NCBI GenBank assembly: GCA_018057765.1
Contig: JAGPDB010000009.1
Span: 126 to 64,125 of the forward strand
Direction: 5' to 3'
Length of the DNA: 64,000 nucleotides
From: Acidimicrobiia bacterium
GTDB lineage: Bacteria; Actinomycetota; Acidimicrobiia; IMCC26256; JAGPDB01
A program made the position numbers and the translations under genes. The stretch's first letter is position 1. Each line of letters opens with the position of its first letter. The notes beneath the pieces are model-generated. The model was not told where the DNA came from. It made no database searches and was given only the letters and a program-made list of their open reading frames with translations. Of the stretch, positions 50,162 to 60,084 are shown piece after piece.

Positions 50162-50994
50162 TCCATAGCGAGAGTTAGACTAACAGGGCAGTGATCCGAA
50201 CCAAATACGTCTGTGTGTATTTTAGCTTCAACAATTTTATTTTTAAGAGATGAACTACTAAGCCAATAATCTATACGCCAGCCAACGTTCTTGTCTCTAG
50301 CGCCTCCTCGTGCAGACCACCAAGAATATATATCTTTTTTATCTGGGTATAAAAAACGAAAAGTATCGACATAACCATTATCAATATAAGTTTGCATTGC
50401 GCTACGTTCAGATTCTGTAAAACCAGCTTTCCCAACATTTGGTTTTGGTCTCGCTAAATCTATCTCATTGTGGGCTACATTTAAATCACCACAAAATAAA
50501 ACTGGTTTCTTTTTTTCTAGTTTCTTAACATATTCTAAAATTGCATTATCCCAATTTTTGCGTAACTCCAAACGTTCTAAAGTATTCTTAACATTTGGTG
50601 TATACATGGTTATGAGGTAATAAGCTGCAAACTCACAAGCAATTATTCGACCTTCCTTGTTTGTGTCACCATATTTATCTTCTAAATTATATTTTGAAGC
50701 TATCTTTTGTGGAATGTCATTAATAACATTTATTGGTTCAACCTTACTAAATATTGCAGTTCCGCTATATCCTTTTTTGGTAGCACTATTAAAATAAAAA
50801 TTATATTTTGAAAATGTCTCCAATATTGTTGCTTCATCAGCTATCTGTTCTTCGTTTGCCTTAATTTCTTGTAAACAGAAGATATCTGGATCGTGTCTAT
50901 CAAAAAACTCTGTAAGTGAACCTTTTTTAGATACTGCACGAATTCCGTTAACATTCCATGAATAAAGTTTTAATGATTTTTGGGATTTTGCCAT
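50158..50994 (-). CDS. xthA: Exodeoxyribonuclease III
   Basis: SWNVNGIRA, CLQEIK and C-terminal GSDHCPVSL. Confidence 0.92.
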   Translation of the reverse strand: MAKSQKSLKLYSWNVNGIRAVSKKGSLTEFFDRHDPDIFCLQEIKANEEQIADEATILETFSKYNFYFNSATKKGYSGTAIFSKVEPINVINDIPQKIASKYNLEDKYGDTNKEGRIIACEFAAYYLITMYTPNVKNTLERLELRKNWDNAILEYVKKLEKKKPVLFCGDLNVAHNEIDLARPKPNVGKAGFTESERSAMQTYIDNGYVDTFRFLYPDKKDIYSWWSARGGARDKNVGWRIDYWLSSSSLKNKIVEAKIHTDVFGSDHCPVSLTLAMD

Positions 50995-51102
50995 ATATAA
51001 ATTCTAGCTATAATCTTTTATATTATCGTCAATTGATAGCTTTTTTGCTTTTAATCTAACATTCTGGTATTGTATCGAAATCGATATTTAAAGGAGTAAA
51101 TT

Positions 51103-51423
51103 TTGTTACTAATACCAAGTTCGAATACCCCAGCAAATATAACTGATTTTGTATCAGTAGTAGCTGGTGATGATGGATATACAGTAAGAATGACTAATAG
51201 TGAAATCATAGACCTGCTTGGAAGAGTTGTTACTAAAACTGAAGATGTAGATAACCTAACTGCGGTAGAAACTAATGGTAGTGGTTTATTCTATTCCCAT
51301 ACCACAGGAAATCATGTTTATTTTACCATTGCAGCTGCAGATAGTTCCATCGGCTTTAGCTCTGGTTACAGTGCGAAACAAGTCCCATTGACATCTACTG
51401 GCATGCCAATGGTCATTGGTTAA
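51103..51423 (+). CDS. Hypothetical protein
   Basis: 106-codon TTG-start ORF with no motif. Its 3' end overlaps the convergent GNAT gene by 4 nt. Confidence 0.3.
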   Translation: MLLIPSSNTPANITDFVSVVAGDDGYTVRMTNSEIIDLLGRVVTKTEDVDNLTAVETNGSGLFYSHTTGNHVYFTIAAADSSIGFSSGYSAKQVPLTSTGMPMVIG

Positions 51424-51944
51424 TCAAACCTATAAACATCTAGTATTGTTGGCTCTTCATCAAAATAATCTTGTATCACAACTGCTGAGTTAGATTTTTT
51501 GTAACCACATTTTTGAGCGACTTTTGCAGATGCCTTATTCCAAATCGCAATTCGCAATATCGGAGCATAACCAGCTTTACAAACTAGGTTCGTCATTTCT
51601 CCTAAAGCAAATGAGGCTATACCTTGTCTGGCGAATTCAGGAAATGTAACATAAGAGATATTAACTTCTCCTGGTCTTCCAAGCATGAATTTTTTTTCGC
51701 TTTTTTCGTCAACAAGTTCGGCACAAATAATGCCAACTAAGTGATTATTGTCATTAAATATTGTATTTCTGAAATTATACAATTCATCATCAGTGTTTAA
51801 TATCCAATTCGTGAAGAGCTTTCTATGCTTTGGCCAAGACGCTGGTAATATCGAAACATCTTTTGAAAGTATATCCCAACATATAGATATATCTTCTTTG
51901 TTTACTGAATGTAAAGAAAATTTACTTAAAGCACCATTGTTCAT
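51420..51944 (-). CDS. GNAT-family N-acetyltransferase (RimJ/RimL-like)
   Basis: The acetyl-CoA-binding region FARQGIASFAL and NKASAKVAQKCGYKK resemble RimJ/L-type GNATs. The start overlaps the argC stop by 4 nt. Confidence 0.7.
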   Translation of the reverse strand: MNNGALSKFSLHSVNKEDISICWDILSKDVSILPASWPKHRKLFTNWILNTDDELYNFRNTIFNDNNHLVGIICAELVDEKSEKKFMLGRPGEVNISYVTFPEFARQGIASFALGEMTNLVCKAGYAPILRIAIWNKASAKVAQKCGYKKSNSAVVIQDYFDEEPTILDVYRFD

Positions 51945-52960
51945 GGGTACATTCCGGAAACTAACAAGCCCGTATCTTCTTCAATATTTAACATCAGATT
52001 TGCACATTGAACTGCTTGACCACTCGAGCCTTTATATAGGTTATCTATAGCACTCATCATTATTATTTGCTCTGTTCGCTCATCTAGGTGGGCATATACA
52101 TGGACCATATTTGTGCCTAAAACTGATTTAATTTGTGGAGGAGCATCTAAAACATGAACAAATTTTTCATTATCATATTTTTCAGCAAGCATCTCATTTA
52201 TATCATTTTGCTTAACTTTTTTGTTGATAGACCCGTAAGATGTAGTTAATATTCCTCTGCTCGTAGGAATTAAATGCGGTGTGAATAAAACTTGTGAGTC
52301 AATATGTGTTTCTATTTCAGGAGTATGACGGTGATTGCTGAGTTTATACGCAAAGGTATTATCACTAATATTGCAAAAAATATTTGTTTCTGTAGGTTCT
52401 TTTCCTGCACCGGATAAACCTGAAAATGCATTGATAATTATTCTATCTTTAGAAATAAAATCTGTGTCAATAAACGGTTTGATGGCTAGTATAGATGCTG
52501 TCGGATAACAACCAGCTGCAGCAACTTTTTTTGCATCTTTTATATCATCTCTATATAATTCTGGCAATCCATAAATAAAATCTTTTAACATTTCTGGGTA
52601 CAAATGGGTTGCACCATAATATTGGTCATAGATGTCTTTATCTTTATGGCGAAAATCGCTACTCAAATCAACAATATATTTAACATCTTTGCATTGATTA
52701 ATTATATCTTGTGACTTTCCATGTGGCATACAAAAAAATAGGAGATCATTTTTATTAACTTGTTCTAGGTCAAAAGTCTCAAATTTAGACTCTTTATAAG
52801 CGCTTGCTAATGCCGGATATGTTTTAGCAATGGATTGCCCGGCATAGGAATTTGCACTTATATAGTTCACATCAAAATTTGGGTGTGTTGAAAGGATGCG
52901 AAGAAGTTCAACGCCTGTATATCCAGAACCACCAATAATACCAACATTTACTTTTTCCAT
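51941..52960 (-). CDS. argC: N-acetyl-gamma-glutamyl-phosphate reductase
   Basis: N-terminal VGIIGGSGYTGVELLR and catalytic Cys motif AAAGCYPTA. Confidence 0.92.
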   Translation of the reverse strand: MEKVNVGIIGGSGYTGVELLRILSTHPNFDVNYISANSYAGQSIAKTYPALASAYKESKFETFDLEQVNKNDLLFFCMPHGKSQDIINQCKDVKYIVDLSSDFRHKDKDIYDQYYGATHLYPEMLKDFIYGLPELYRDDIKDAKKVAAAGCYPTASILAIKPFIDTDFISKDRIIINAFSGLSGAGKEPTETNIFCNISDNTFAYKLSNHRHTPEIETHIDSQVLFTPHLIPTSRGILTTSYGSINKKVKQNDINEMLAEKYDNEKFVHVLDAPPQIKSVLGTNMVHVYAHLDERTEQIIMMSAIDNLYKGSSGQAVQCANLMLNIEEDTGLLVSGMYP

Positions 52961-53047
52961 ATATAAAGTCTAACTTGATATAAAGATATTCGGTATAAAC
53001 TGCGTCAAAATTGTATAATTAATTAGATTTTTTTATAAGGAGCTGTA

Positions 53048-54241
53048 ATGACTGTAACTGGTGTGGCTGGATTTAAAGCGATTGGTATCCATGGTGGTAT
53101 CAAACCCGAAGACAAACTCGATCTAACATATATTGGGTCACTTGACAATAAACCTGTTATGGCTGCTGGAGTTTTTACTTCCAACAAACTTTGTGCAGCG
53201 CCGGTTACGCTTACTCGTGAACATCTTGCTAAGAGTGGTGGGAATTTAGTAGGCGTGATTATAAATAGTGGAAATGCCAATGCTGCAACTGGCGAAACTG
53301 GATATATAAATGCATCAAAAATGGCTAAAGCTGTCAGCTCGACTTTAAATATTGATGTATCGCAAGTTGGCGTCTGTTCAACAGGATTAATTGGCTATCA
53401 ATTACCAATAGAAAATATTGTCAATTCAATTCCACAAGCGATAAAAGAATCAAGTGTTGATGGTGGTGAACTTGCTAGTAAAGCAATCATGACTACTGAT
53501 ACGCTAGAAAAAACTTTCCTGAAAAAATATACGGATAAAAATGGTACTGAATTCACTCTTGGTGCAATAGCAAAAGGCGCAGCGATGCTTCAACCAAATA
53601 TGGCAACTATGCTTGGATTCATTACAACTGATGCAAGTGTAAAATTAAGCGATTTACAATCAAGTCTTTCTAGTGCAGTAGGAAGAAGTTTTAATAAACT
53701 TACAGTCGACGGAGCACAGTCGACAAATGATACTGTACTTGTTTTTTCAAGTGCTAAAACAGACGAGATAAACATAGATGATTTTGCGGATGCGATGCTT
53801 GAGGTATGCCAATCTTTAGCTAAACAAATGTGTGATGATGCTGAAGGCTCTACACATACTGTATGCATAAATGTTATAGGTGCAAAAAATGATGATGAGG
53901 CAAACCATGGTGCACGAAGAGTTGCTAATTGTCAGTTAGTAAAATGCTCTTGGTTTGGTAACGATCCATATTGGGGGAGAGTTGCTTCTGAATTAGGTGC
54001 CAGTTCAATCGATTATGATTTTACGAAATTGTCGATTTCTTATGGTGATCATATAGTGTTAAAAAATGGTGAGTCTATTATTGATAATTATAGCGACGAA
54101 CAGCGTGAGAAAATTCGTGAATATATGAAAAATCGAGAAATCGTATTAAATGTAGATTTAGGCGTTGGGTATGGCACCGGATGGATATGGACTAACGATT
54201 TAACCTTTGGATATATCGAAGAAAATATGGGTACTTCCTAG
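53048..54241 (+). CDS. argJ: Bifunctional ornithine acetyltransferase / N-acetylglutamate synthase
   Basis: KGAAMLQPNMATMLGFITTDA contains the autoproteolytic A/TML site; C-terminal YIEENMGTS-type end. Confidence 0.93.
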   Translation: MTVTGVAGFKAIGIHGGIKPEDKLDLTYIGSLDNKPVMAAGVFTSNKLCAAPVTLTREHLAKSGGNLVGVIINSGNANAATGETGYINASKMAKAVSSTLNIDVSQVGVCSTGLIGYQLPIENIVNSIPQAIKESSVDGGELASKAIMTTDTLEKTFLKKYTDKNGTEFTLGAIAKGAAMLQPNMATMLGFITTDASVKLSDLQSSLSSAVGRSFNKLTVDGAQSTNDTVLVFSSAKTDEINIDDFADAMLEVCQSLAKQMCDDAEGSTHTVCINVIGAKNDDEANHGARRVANCQLVKCSWFGNDPYWGRVASELGASSIDYDFTKLSISYGDHIVLKNGESIIDNYSDEQREKIREYMKNREIVLNVDLGVGYGTGWIWTNDLTFGYIEENMGTS

Positions 54242-55320
54242 AAATCGGATAGTGCAGGTTCAGGATTGTTCAGTTCAAGAAGAGGATGTCTTTGTATTTT
54301 TTCAATAACATCTGTCATACTTGTATCATGAGTTCTATCTTGTTCTACAAAGCCATGATGGATTAGGCCATTTGAAGCTGCAGGTTCACAGATATTTGCT
54401 GGCCAAAGTACTCCTGTTGTTTCCTCAGCTACACTATAAAATCTTTTAGTTAATCTTAGGACTTCTAATGAAAAAATAATTTCTCTGTCGTGAGGTACTG
54501 AAGCCCTCGCGTTAGGGGAAATAAATGGTCGGACATATGGCATGCGACCAACTTCAGTGACTAATCCATCTCCACCAACTAAGAAATCTCGTGGATCTCC
54601 AACATTAACTAAAACATCAATTTTACATCCCGCAGGTATATAAACGCTATAAACTGGGTCTACATGGATTTCATCACCGAAGGCTAACGGAACATCTGTT
54701 ATTACTTGAATACCTGGGAATACCGCTGCTACATCTATTTCGATTTCTCCGCCATTCGCAGCGTCACCTCTAAATAATGCCATTGTACGGTTTATTGTCG
54801 ACCCTGAAAATAGATCGTCTTCTACCAAAATTATTTTTTTACCTCTAGACGCAGTGCGAATTGCATCGATCTGCTCAAATATAGGAACGCTACCCGGACG
54901 ATTTGTTAATTTAGTTGAGACTGACCCAGTACTATTAAACAATCTTGAAACAGCAAAAGGGATAGTGTCGGGGAAGTTACAAAGTGGATCCATAGTCACC
55001 ACAACACATTCATCATCACATGTACTGATGAAATCAGCAATTTTCTGATTTCTGATTTTATTGACAACGCTTGCTTCAACTACTTCAATTATTGTATTAC
55101 GAACATCAGAATTATCCTTATAAACTTTAATGAGCCCCTCCATAAATTCTTGATACGCAAGATGAAGTTGGGATCGCATTTCATCACTAAAATTATGACC
55201 TAGCGCAATGGCACGCTTTTCGAAGTCCTCTACGACCTCGACGGTGTCATCTCTAAGTAGGAACGTAAATGTATTGGGCTTCGTACTTATTACGGATTGG
55301 CTGATATCTATAGTCTGCAT
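54238..55320 (-). CDS. Phosphoribosyltransferase-domain protein with unrecognised N- and C-terminal extensions
   Basis: Central type I PRTase PRPP-binding loop KKIILVEDDLFSGSTINRT. The ~170 aa before and ~170 aa after it have no motif I recognise. Confidence 0.6.
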   Translation of the reverse strand: MQTIDISQSVISTKPNTFTFLLRDDTVEVVEDFEKRAIALGHNFSDEMRSQLHLAYQEFMEGLIKVYKDNSDVRNTIIEVVEASVVNKIRNQKIADFISTCDDECVVVTMDPLCNFPDTIPFAVSRLFNSTGSVSTKLTNRPGSVPIFEQIDAIRTASRGKKIILVEDDLFSGSTINRTMALFRGDAANGGEIEIDVAAVFPGIQVITDVPLAFGDEIHVDPVYSVYIPAGCKIDVLVNVGDPRDFLVGGDGLVTEVGRMPYVRPFISPNARASVPHDREIIFSLEVLRLTKRFYSVAEETTGVLWPANICEPAASNGLIHHGFVEQDRTHDTSMTDVIEKIQRHPLLELNNPEPALSDF

Positions 55321-55443
55321 GAATTGTCTCTTTATGGTGTCTAAAATTTTGGCAAATATTATATGCTATTTAGACGTATTTTTCCTAATCGGTTTAGTGA
55401 TGCTGATTTTGCTCTATTGGTTAATATAAGTTATTATATTTGC

Positions 55444-56364
55444 GTGGAAAATCAGATTTTTAATGAGAAATTAATAGTAAGTACAGATCCTGGTATCGAT
55501 GATATTATCGCTCTCGCACTTCTATCTAAATTGTCCCCAGTAGCAAATCATGCTTTATTGCCTTGTTTTGGTAATGGCCCAGTAGAGCTCATAGCAAAAA
55601 ATGCTGCTGAATTTATAAAATATTGTGCTCCAAATTGGCTTATGGCGCCAAATTCGGAATTACCGGAAAATGGACATATTGAGCGACCTTTTCCTGATTA
55701 TTTCCACGGACCAGATGGTGTGTGGAATATTCATATAGATAGTAATTCCTATTCTGCTAGCGAAGTACAATATTGTGAAAATTCGAATAATAATAATTTG
55801 GCTTCATATAATAGCGGAATTTCTCTTGGAACATTGAGCGCATTTTCTCATAAACACCCAATATTTAAAGATCGTATTAACCTATCAACTATTTCTATCA
55901 TGGGTGGCGTATTTAATGAACCCGGCAATGAAACAGATTATTCTGAAACTAACATTGCTTTTGATCCTGTAGGCGCAGATTCATATTTTGAACAACCTAT
56001 AAATACTACTATTCTAGTGCCATTAGATGTAACACGAAAAGTATCTTGGGGATACGAAAAAGTAGAAGCAATTAAAGTTCATGATGCAACAACCTGGTGG
56101 CTCAAAAATGCTATGCATGCCTGGTTTGAAAAATATAACCATCAACGAGAAGATACTTTATGTTTACACGACCCATTAGCAATATGGTTATTATTTAATC
56201 AATCAGATGCAAAATGGGAAGAATCTGGTGTGAGAGTCGTTTTAGATGGTCAAGAGCGAGGACGAACTGTTTTTGACAGTTCACGACCAGATTGTAATAT
56301 AGCAATGGAATTGAAAGATGCAAAACGGATTGAGGACAAGATATGGCACACTATATTTTCATAG
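55444..56364 (+). CDS. Inosine-uridine-preferring nucleoside hydrolase (IUNH) family protein
   Basis: The N-terminal Asp cluster STDPGIDDIIALA matches the family DxDxxxDD motif, with the first D replaced by S. GTG at 55444 puts this motif at the usual distance from the N-terminus. The ORF-track start is 55363. Confidence 0.75.
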   Translation: MENQIFNEKLIVSTDPGIDDIIALALLSKLSPVANHALLPCFGNGPVELIAKNAAEFIKYCAPNWLMAPNSELPENGHIERPFPDYFHGPDGVWNIHIDSNSYSASEVQYCENSNNNNLASYNSGISLGTLSAFSHKHPIFKDRINLSTISIMGGVFNEPGNETDYSETNIAFDPVGADSYFEQPINTTILVPLDVTRKVSWGYEKVEAIKVHDATTWWLKNAMHAWFEKYNHQREDTLCLHDPLAIWLLFNQSDAKWEESGVRVVLDGQERGRTVFDSSRPDCNIAMELKDAKRIEDKIWHTIFS

Positions 56365-57218
56365 ATTTAAATGGAACTTTAATTGGTGACTCTCAAAAAA
56401 ATTTAAACTTTAACCAACAACATTTAAGTGATTTTAGAAAATTAGTTGATGAACTTAAATCTAAAAAAGTTATAATAGGATTATGTTCAGACAGCCCGTT
56501 AGAGCAGCTAAAAGTATTGTCTAAACGATTAGGTCTTGATCCAACTACACCAATTTTGGCTGAAAACGGAAATCTATATTTCAATGGTAGCGAAATAATC
56601 TCACTTAAAGAATTTCCATCAAGTTTATTAGAAGTTGCTGTAACTACTGCACAGAAATTTGCTGATAGGAAAAAAATCACACGAGCGAATGATATTGTCG
56701 CTCCTGAGTTTGGTGGAGAAGAAATTGACACTAATACTCAATGGGCAATTGGCGCTAATAGAACAAACAGCTTCTCGCTCTTTGGTTCTCGCGATCTAAT
56801 TCGAATGGTTTCTGAAGAATTAACAATTATTTTTTCAAACTCAGGTGTTGAATTTGGGATAGATTGTTCACCAGAACATAATTATCTGGGATTACATCCA
56901 ATTGCAGATTTTCGAACTGGCAAACGTTTAGCACTTCAATGGGTTTTGGAAAATGATCCTTTAAAACCTGAAGGTATTTGGATGATAGGCGACTCAATGT
57001 CAGATTGGATGGGCACAGATAATCCATCTTTGCATTCCTGTTTTGTAGGAGATCCTAAAATTCTTAATGGAGAACCCAATGGCGTAGCAAAAATTACAGA
57101 TGAAGTAAATGTTGGTTCTTTTAAAGTTTCAGATTTGCCAGCATTGGAAGGTGTTAACGATATTCTTGCTGGTATTAGTGGAGTTGTTTCTCTACAAGCA
57201 CCTGTAGCCTCACTTTAG
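56343..57218 (+). CDS. HAD-superfamily hydrolase
   Basis: Motif I lies at the extreme N-terminus (YIFIDLNGTL; DxN rather than DxD). Motif IV is MIGDSMSDW. The gene overlaps the upstream gene by 22 nt. Confidence 0.65.
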   Translation: MAHYIFIDLNGTLIGDSQKNLNFNQQHLSDFRKLVDELKSKKVIIGLCSDSPLEQLKVLSKRLGLDPTTPILAENGNLYFNGSEIISLKEFPSSLLEVAVTTAQKFADRKKITRANDIVAPEFGGEEIDTNTQWAIGANRTNSFSLFGSRDLIRMVSEELTIIFSNSGVEFGIDCSPEHNYLGLHPIADFRTGKRLALQWVLENDPLKPEGIWMIGDSMSDWMGTDNPSLHSCFVGDPKILNGEPNGVAKITDEVNVGSFKVSDLPALEGVNDILAGISGVVSLQAPVASL

Positions 57219-57261
57219 TGCGTTAAGTTATAAAAAATAATACTATTTTCTATTTACTTTA

Positions 57262-58434
57262 TTAGCTAGCAACAGATTTCTTTAAAATTTCGACTGTTTT
57301 AAAAATATGTTCTTCCTTAAATGTTAATGGAGGAGCTATACGGATAGTTTTCTCGCTTGTTGCATTTATGATCAATCCGTTCTTCAACGCATTTTTAACA
57401 TATTGGTGGGCGTCGACACCAACAACATCTATATTGATATCTGCACCAATCAATAGGCCTAGGCCTCGAACTTCGGAGAATAAACCAGACTCAATCAGGC
57501 TATCTATAAATATTTTACCTATTTTATCTGTATGCGATGCAAAGCTTTCACGCTCTAAAATATCAAATACACAATTTACAACAGATAATGCCAGTGGCTG
57601 ACCACCAAATGTAGAGCCATGATCTCCAACTTCCATCAGTTTTGCAACGCTATTTTCGCTCCAACATGCGCCAACTGGAAAACCATTACCGAGTGCTTTC
57701 GCCATAGTGACAATATCTGGTTTTAGATTATAATTTTGAAAGCCAAACCATTTGCCAGTTCTGCACATCCCGGTTTGTATCTCATCAACAATCAATAACA
57801 AATCATTTTCTTTACATATCTTTTGAACATCATCAAAAAAAGCTTGATCGCTAACTCTAACTCCAGCTTCACCTTGTATAACTTCAATCATAACTGCAAT
57901 ACATTCGTCATCGATTTGGTCTTTTAATGATTCTGCATTTCCAAATTCAAAATATTTAAAATAGTCCGGCAATGGAGCAAAATTCTTGTGCTTCGCGCTT
58001 TGACCAGTCGCTGCTAATGTTGCCAAAGTACGACCATGAAAAGAATTTACTGCTGTTAAGAATTTATATTTTTTTCCTTTACCAAAACGCTTTGCAATTT
58101 TAATTGCACACTCGTTTGCTTCAGCTCCAGAATTACTAAAAAATACTTTTCCATCAGTATCTTCAAATGTCAAAGTAATTTTTTCATTGATTTTACTAGC
58201 AACACTTTGTGTGTATTCGTTTTCGAAATAATTCGAGACATGAATAAGTTTTTTGGATTGTTCAGCAATAACATTTGCAATTTCCACATTCGCGTGTCCG
58301 AGACTAACTACAGCAATTCCAGCAAGACAATCTAAATATTCATTTCCTTTATCGTCATATAAAAATACATCATTACCATTTAATAATTTAGTGTTAAAAG
58401 GTGGATATGTTGCAAGTAGATTTGAGTCATTCAT
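57262..58434 (-). CDS. argD: Acetylornithine aminotransferase
   Basis: Class III aminotransferase motifs SNSGAEANE, DEIQTGMCRTGKWF and PLP-Lys context TMAKALGNG. It lies directly downstream of argB. Confidence 0.92.
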   Translation of the reverse strand: MNDSNLLATYPPFNTKLLNGNDVFLYDDKGNEYLDCLAGIAVVSLGHANVEIANVIAEQSKKLIHVSNYFENEYTQSVASKINEKITLTFEDTDGKVFFSNSGAEANECAIKIAKRFGKGKKYKFLTAVNSFHGRTLATLAATGQSAKHKNFAPLPDYFKYFEFGNAESLKDQIDDECIAVMIEVIQGEAGVRVSDQAFFDDVQKICKENDLLLIVDEIQTGMCRTGKWFGFQNYNLKPDIVTMAKALGNGFPVGACWSENSVAKLMEVGDHGSTFGGQPLALSVVNCVFDILERESFASHTDKIGKIFIDSLIESGLFSEVRGLGLLIGADINIDVVGVDAHQYVKNALKNGLIINATSEKTIRIAPPLTFKEEHIFKTVEILKKSVAS

Positions 58435-58449
58435 AAATGTATTCGTTCT

Positions 58450-59313
58450 TTAAGGCGTTATCATTGTGCCAACACCAGTTTCGGTAAATAGTTCTAAAAG
58501 TACCGAGTGATTTTGTCGGCCATCAATTATGTGTGAACGTTCAGCTCCGCCAGCTACAGCATCTATGCATGCTTTAATCTTGGGGATCATACCCGCAGAT
58601 ATTGTATCCGATTTAGTTAATTTAGTGGCTTCTTCAACTGTCATATTGTTGATAACTGAATCCGGATCAGTAATATCTTTCATTATGCCTGGAATATTAG
58701 ACATGATAATTAATTTCTTTGCTTTTAATCCTATTGCGATTGCCGCTGCTGCCTCATCGGCATTTATATTTAGTGATTCACCATCTTCTGTAACGCCAAT
58801 AGTCGATATTACTGGTATCAGCTGTTCGCTAAATAGACGTTCGAGAATTGAAGTACGAACTTCAGTTACCGTACCAACAAACCCAAGTTTTGGATTTTTC
58901 TTTTTTGCAATCATCAATCGGCCATCTTCGCCAGTTGTACCAACACCATACCCACCATGACGGTTAATCGCTGCAACTATATCGCGACCTACCTTACCTA
59001 CAAGGACCATACGCGCAATTGTTAAAGTTTCATAGTCTGTGACTCTTAAACCTTCAATAAATTCTGGTTCTTTGCCGTAAACTTTCATCGCGTCGTCAAC
59101 TTGAGGTCCACCACCATGGACTACAACTACCTTAATACCTAAAGAGCGCAGTAAAACAATATCATCAGCAAATGAATCTAATTCGAGTCCAACTCGTAGC
59201 TGGCTACCACCATATTTTATGACTATTACTGTATCGTTAAATTCTTTAATATATGGGAGTGCTTGCATTAATGCTTCAAGACGTAGTTCCTGTGCTTCTA
59301 ATTCTTTTTGCAT
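58450..59313 (-). CDS. argB: Acetylglutamate kinase
   Basis: Amino-acid kinase motifs VIKYGGS, VVVHGGGPQV and NINADEAAAAIA. Confidence 0.93.
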   Translation of the reverse strand: MQKELEAQELRLEALMQALPYIKEFNDTVIVIKYGGSQLRVGLELDSFADDIVLLRSLGIKVVVVHGGGPQVDDAMKVYGKEPEFIEGLRVTDYETLTIARMVLVGKVGRDIVAAINRHGGYGVGTTGEDGRLMIAKKKNPKLGFVGTVTEVRTSILERLFSEQLIPVISTIGVTEDGESLNINADEAAAAIAIGLKAKKLIIMSNIPGIMKDITDPDSVINNMTVEEATKLTKSDTISAGMIPKIKACIDAVAGGAERSHIIDGRQNHSVLLELFTETGVGTMITP

Positions 59314-59411
59314 TCGTATCTTTCGTATTATAAATAGGTTGAACGTTTAATATTTTACAACAATACATCATATTTGTTCAATATGTCATAGTAGATACTA
59401 ATATTATTTAT

Positions 59412-60083
59412 ATGAAATTATTACTTACATCTAACGGTTTTACTCACGAAGTGGTTATAGCGAAATGTGAAGAGCTGGTGGGTAAGAGTCGTAGTGATAT
59501 TAACGTGGCTTTGATTAATGGAGGTTATACCGTCGAAAATGGTGACCATACTTGGCTCTTTGATGATTGGCGTCATGTCAAAGAGAATTTTGGTGGGAGT
59601 TTCGAACTTGTCAACCTTTTGGGTTTGAGTAAAGAAAAGGTTGTTGAGAGATTAAGTGTTTCTGATATTATTTTTGTTACTGGTGGTCATACCGATTATC
59701 TGATGAGTGTTTTTGATAAAACTGGTTTTAGTGATTCTTTACGTATGCTCCTTCAATCTAAAGTCTATGTCGGTATTAGTGCTGGCTCTATGGTGTTGGG
59801 TAGACGTAACTCAACAAGCGCTTATTTAGAAATATATGATGAGAGCGAAGATTACGGTGTGTCTCAATATTTAAATGTGGTTGATGTATCTATCAAGCCT
59901 CATTTAAATAGTTCTGTATTTCCTAAAACGCGTAGAGAAAATCTGTTGAAAGTTGCACAAGATTTTATTGGCACTATTTTTGCTATAGATAATTTTAGTG
60001 CAATAGTTGTTGATGGGGATCCAAAAGATTATTACCTAATAGGAAACGAGTCGTTAAAAATTGTTGATGGTATTGAGCAGTAA
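59412..60083 (+). CDS. Peptidase S51 (dipeptidase E-like) family protein
   Basis: Nucleophile motif VGISAGSMV in the S51 context (FVTGGHTDYL upstream). Confidence 0.7.
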   Translation: MKLLLTSNGFTHEVVIAKCEELVGKSRSDINVALINGGYTVENGDHTWLFDDWRHVKENFGGSFELVNLLGLSKEKVVERLSVSDIIFVTGGHTDYLMSVFDKTGFSDSLRMLLQSKVYVGISAGSMVLGRRNSTSAYLEIYDESEDYGVSQYLNVVDVSIKPHLNSSVFPKTRRENLLKVAQDFIGTIFAIDNFSAIVVDGDPKDYYLIGNESLKIVDGIEQ

Positions 60084-60084
60084 A

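Noticed and set aside
51420-51944. GNAT coupled to argC as a short-form N-acetylglutamate synthase
   Set aside because: The size (174 aa) and position are suggestive, but the sequence looks RimJ/RimL-like (NKASAKVAQKCGYKK) and a bifunctional argJ is present. The idea is unsupported without homology searches.
58529-58960. 143-aa plus-strand ORF, and similar antisense ORFs (7057-7422, 8720-9070, 14015-14347, 29592-29942, 53023-53280, 61274-61649, 23187-23585)
   Set aside because: All are embedded antisense or out of frame in genes with clear family signatures (argB, pepA, moeB, the S16 protease, the kinase, argJ, ilvD, ychF), so they are shadow ORFs.
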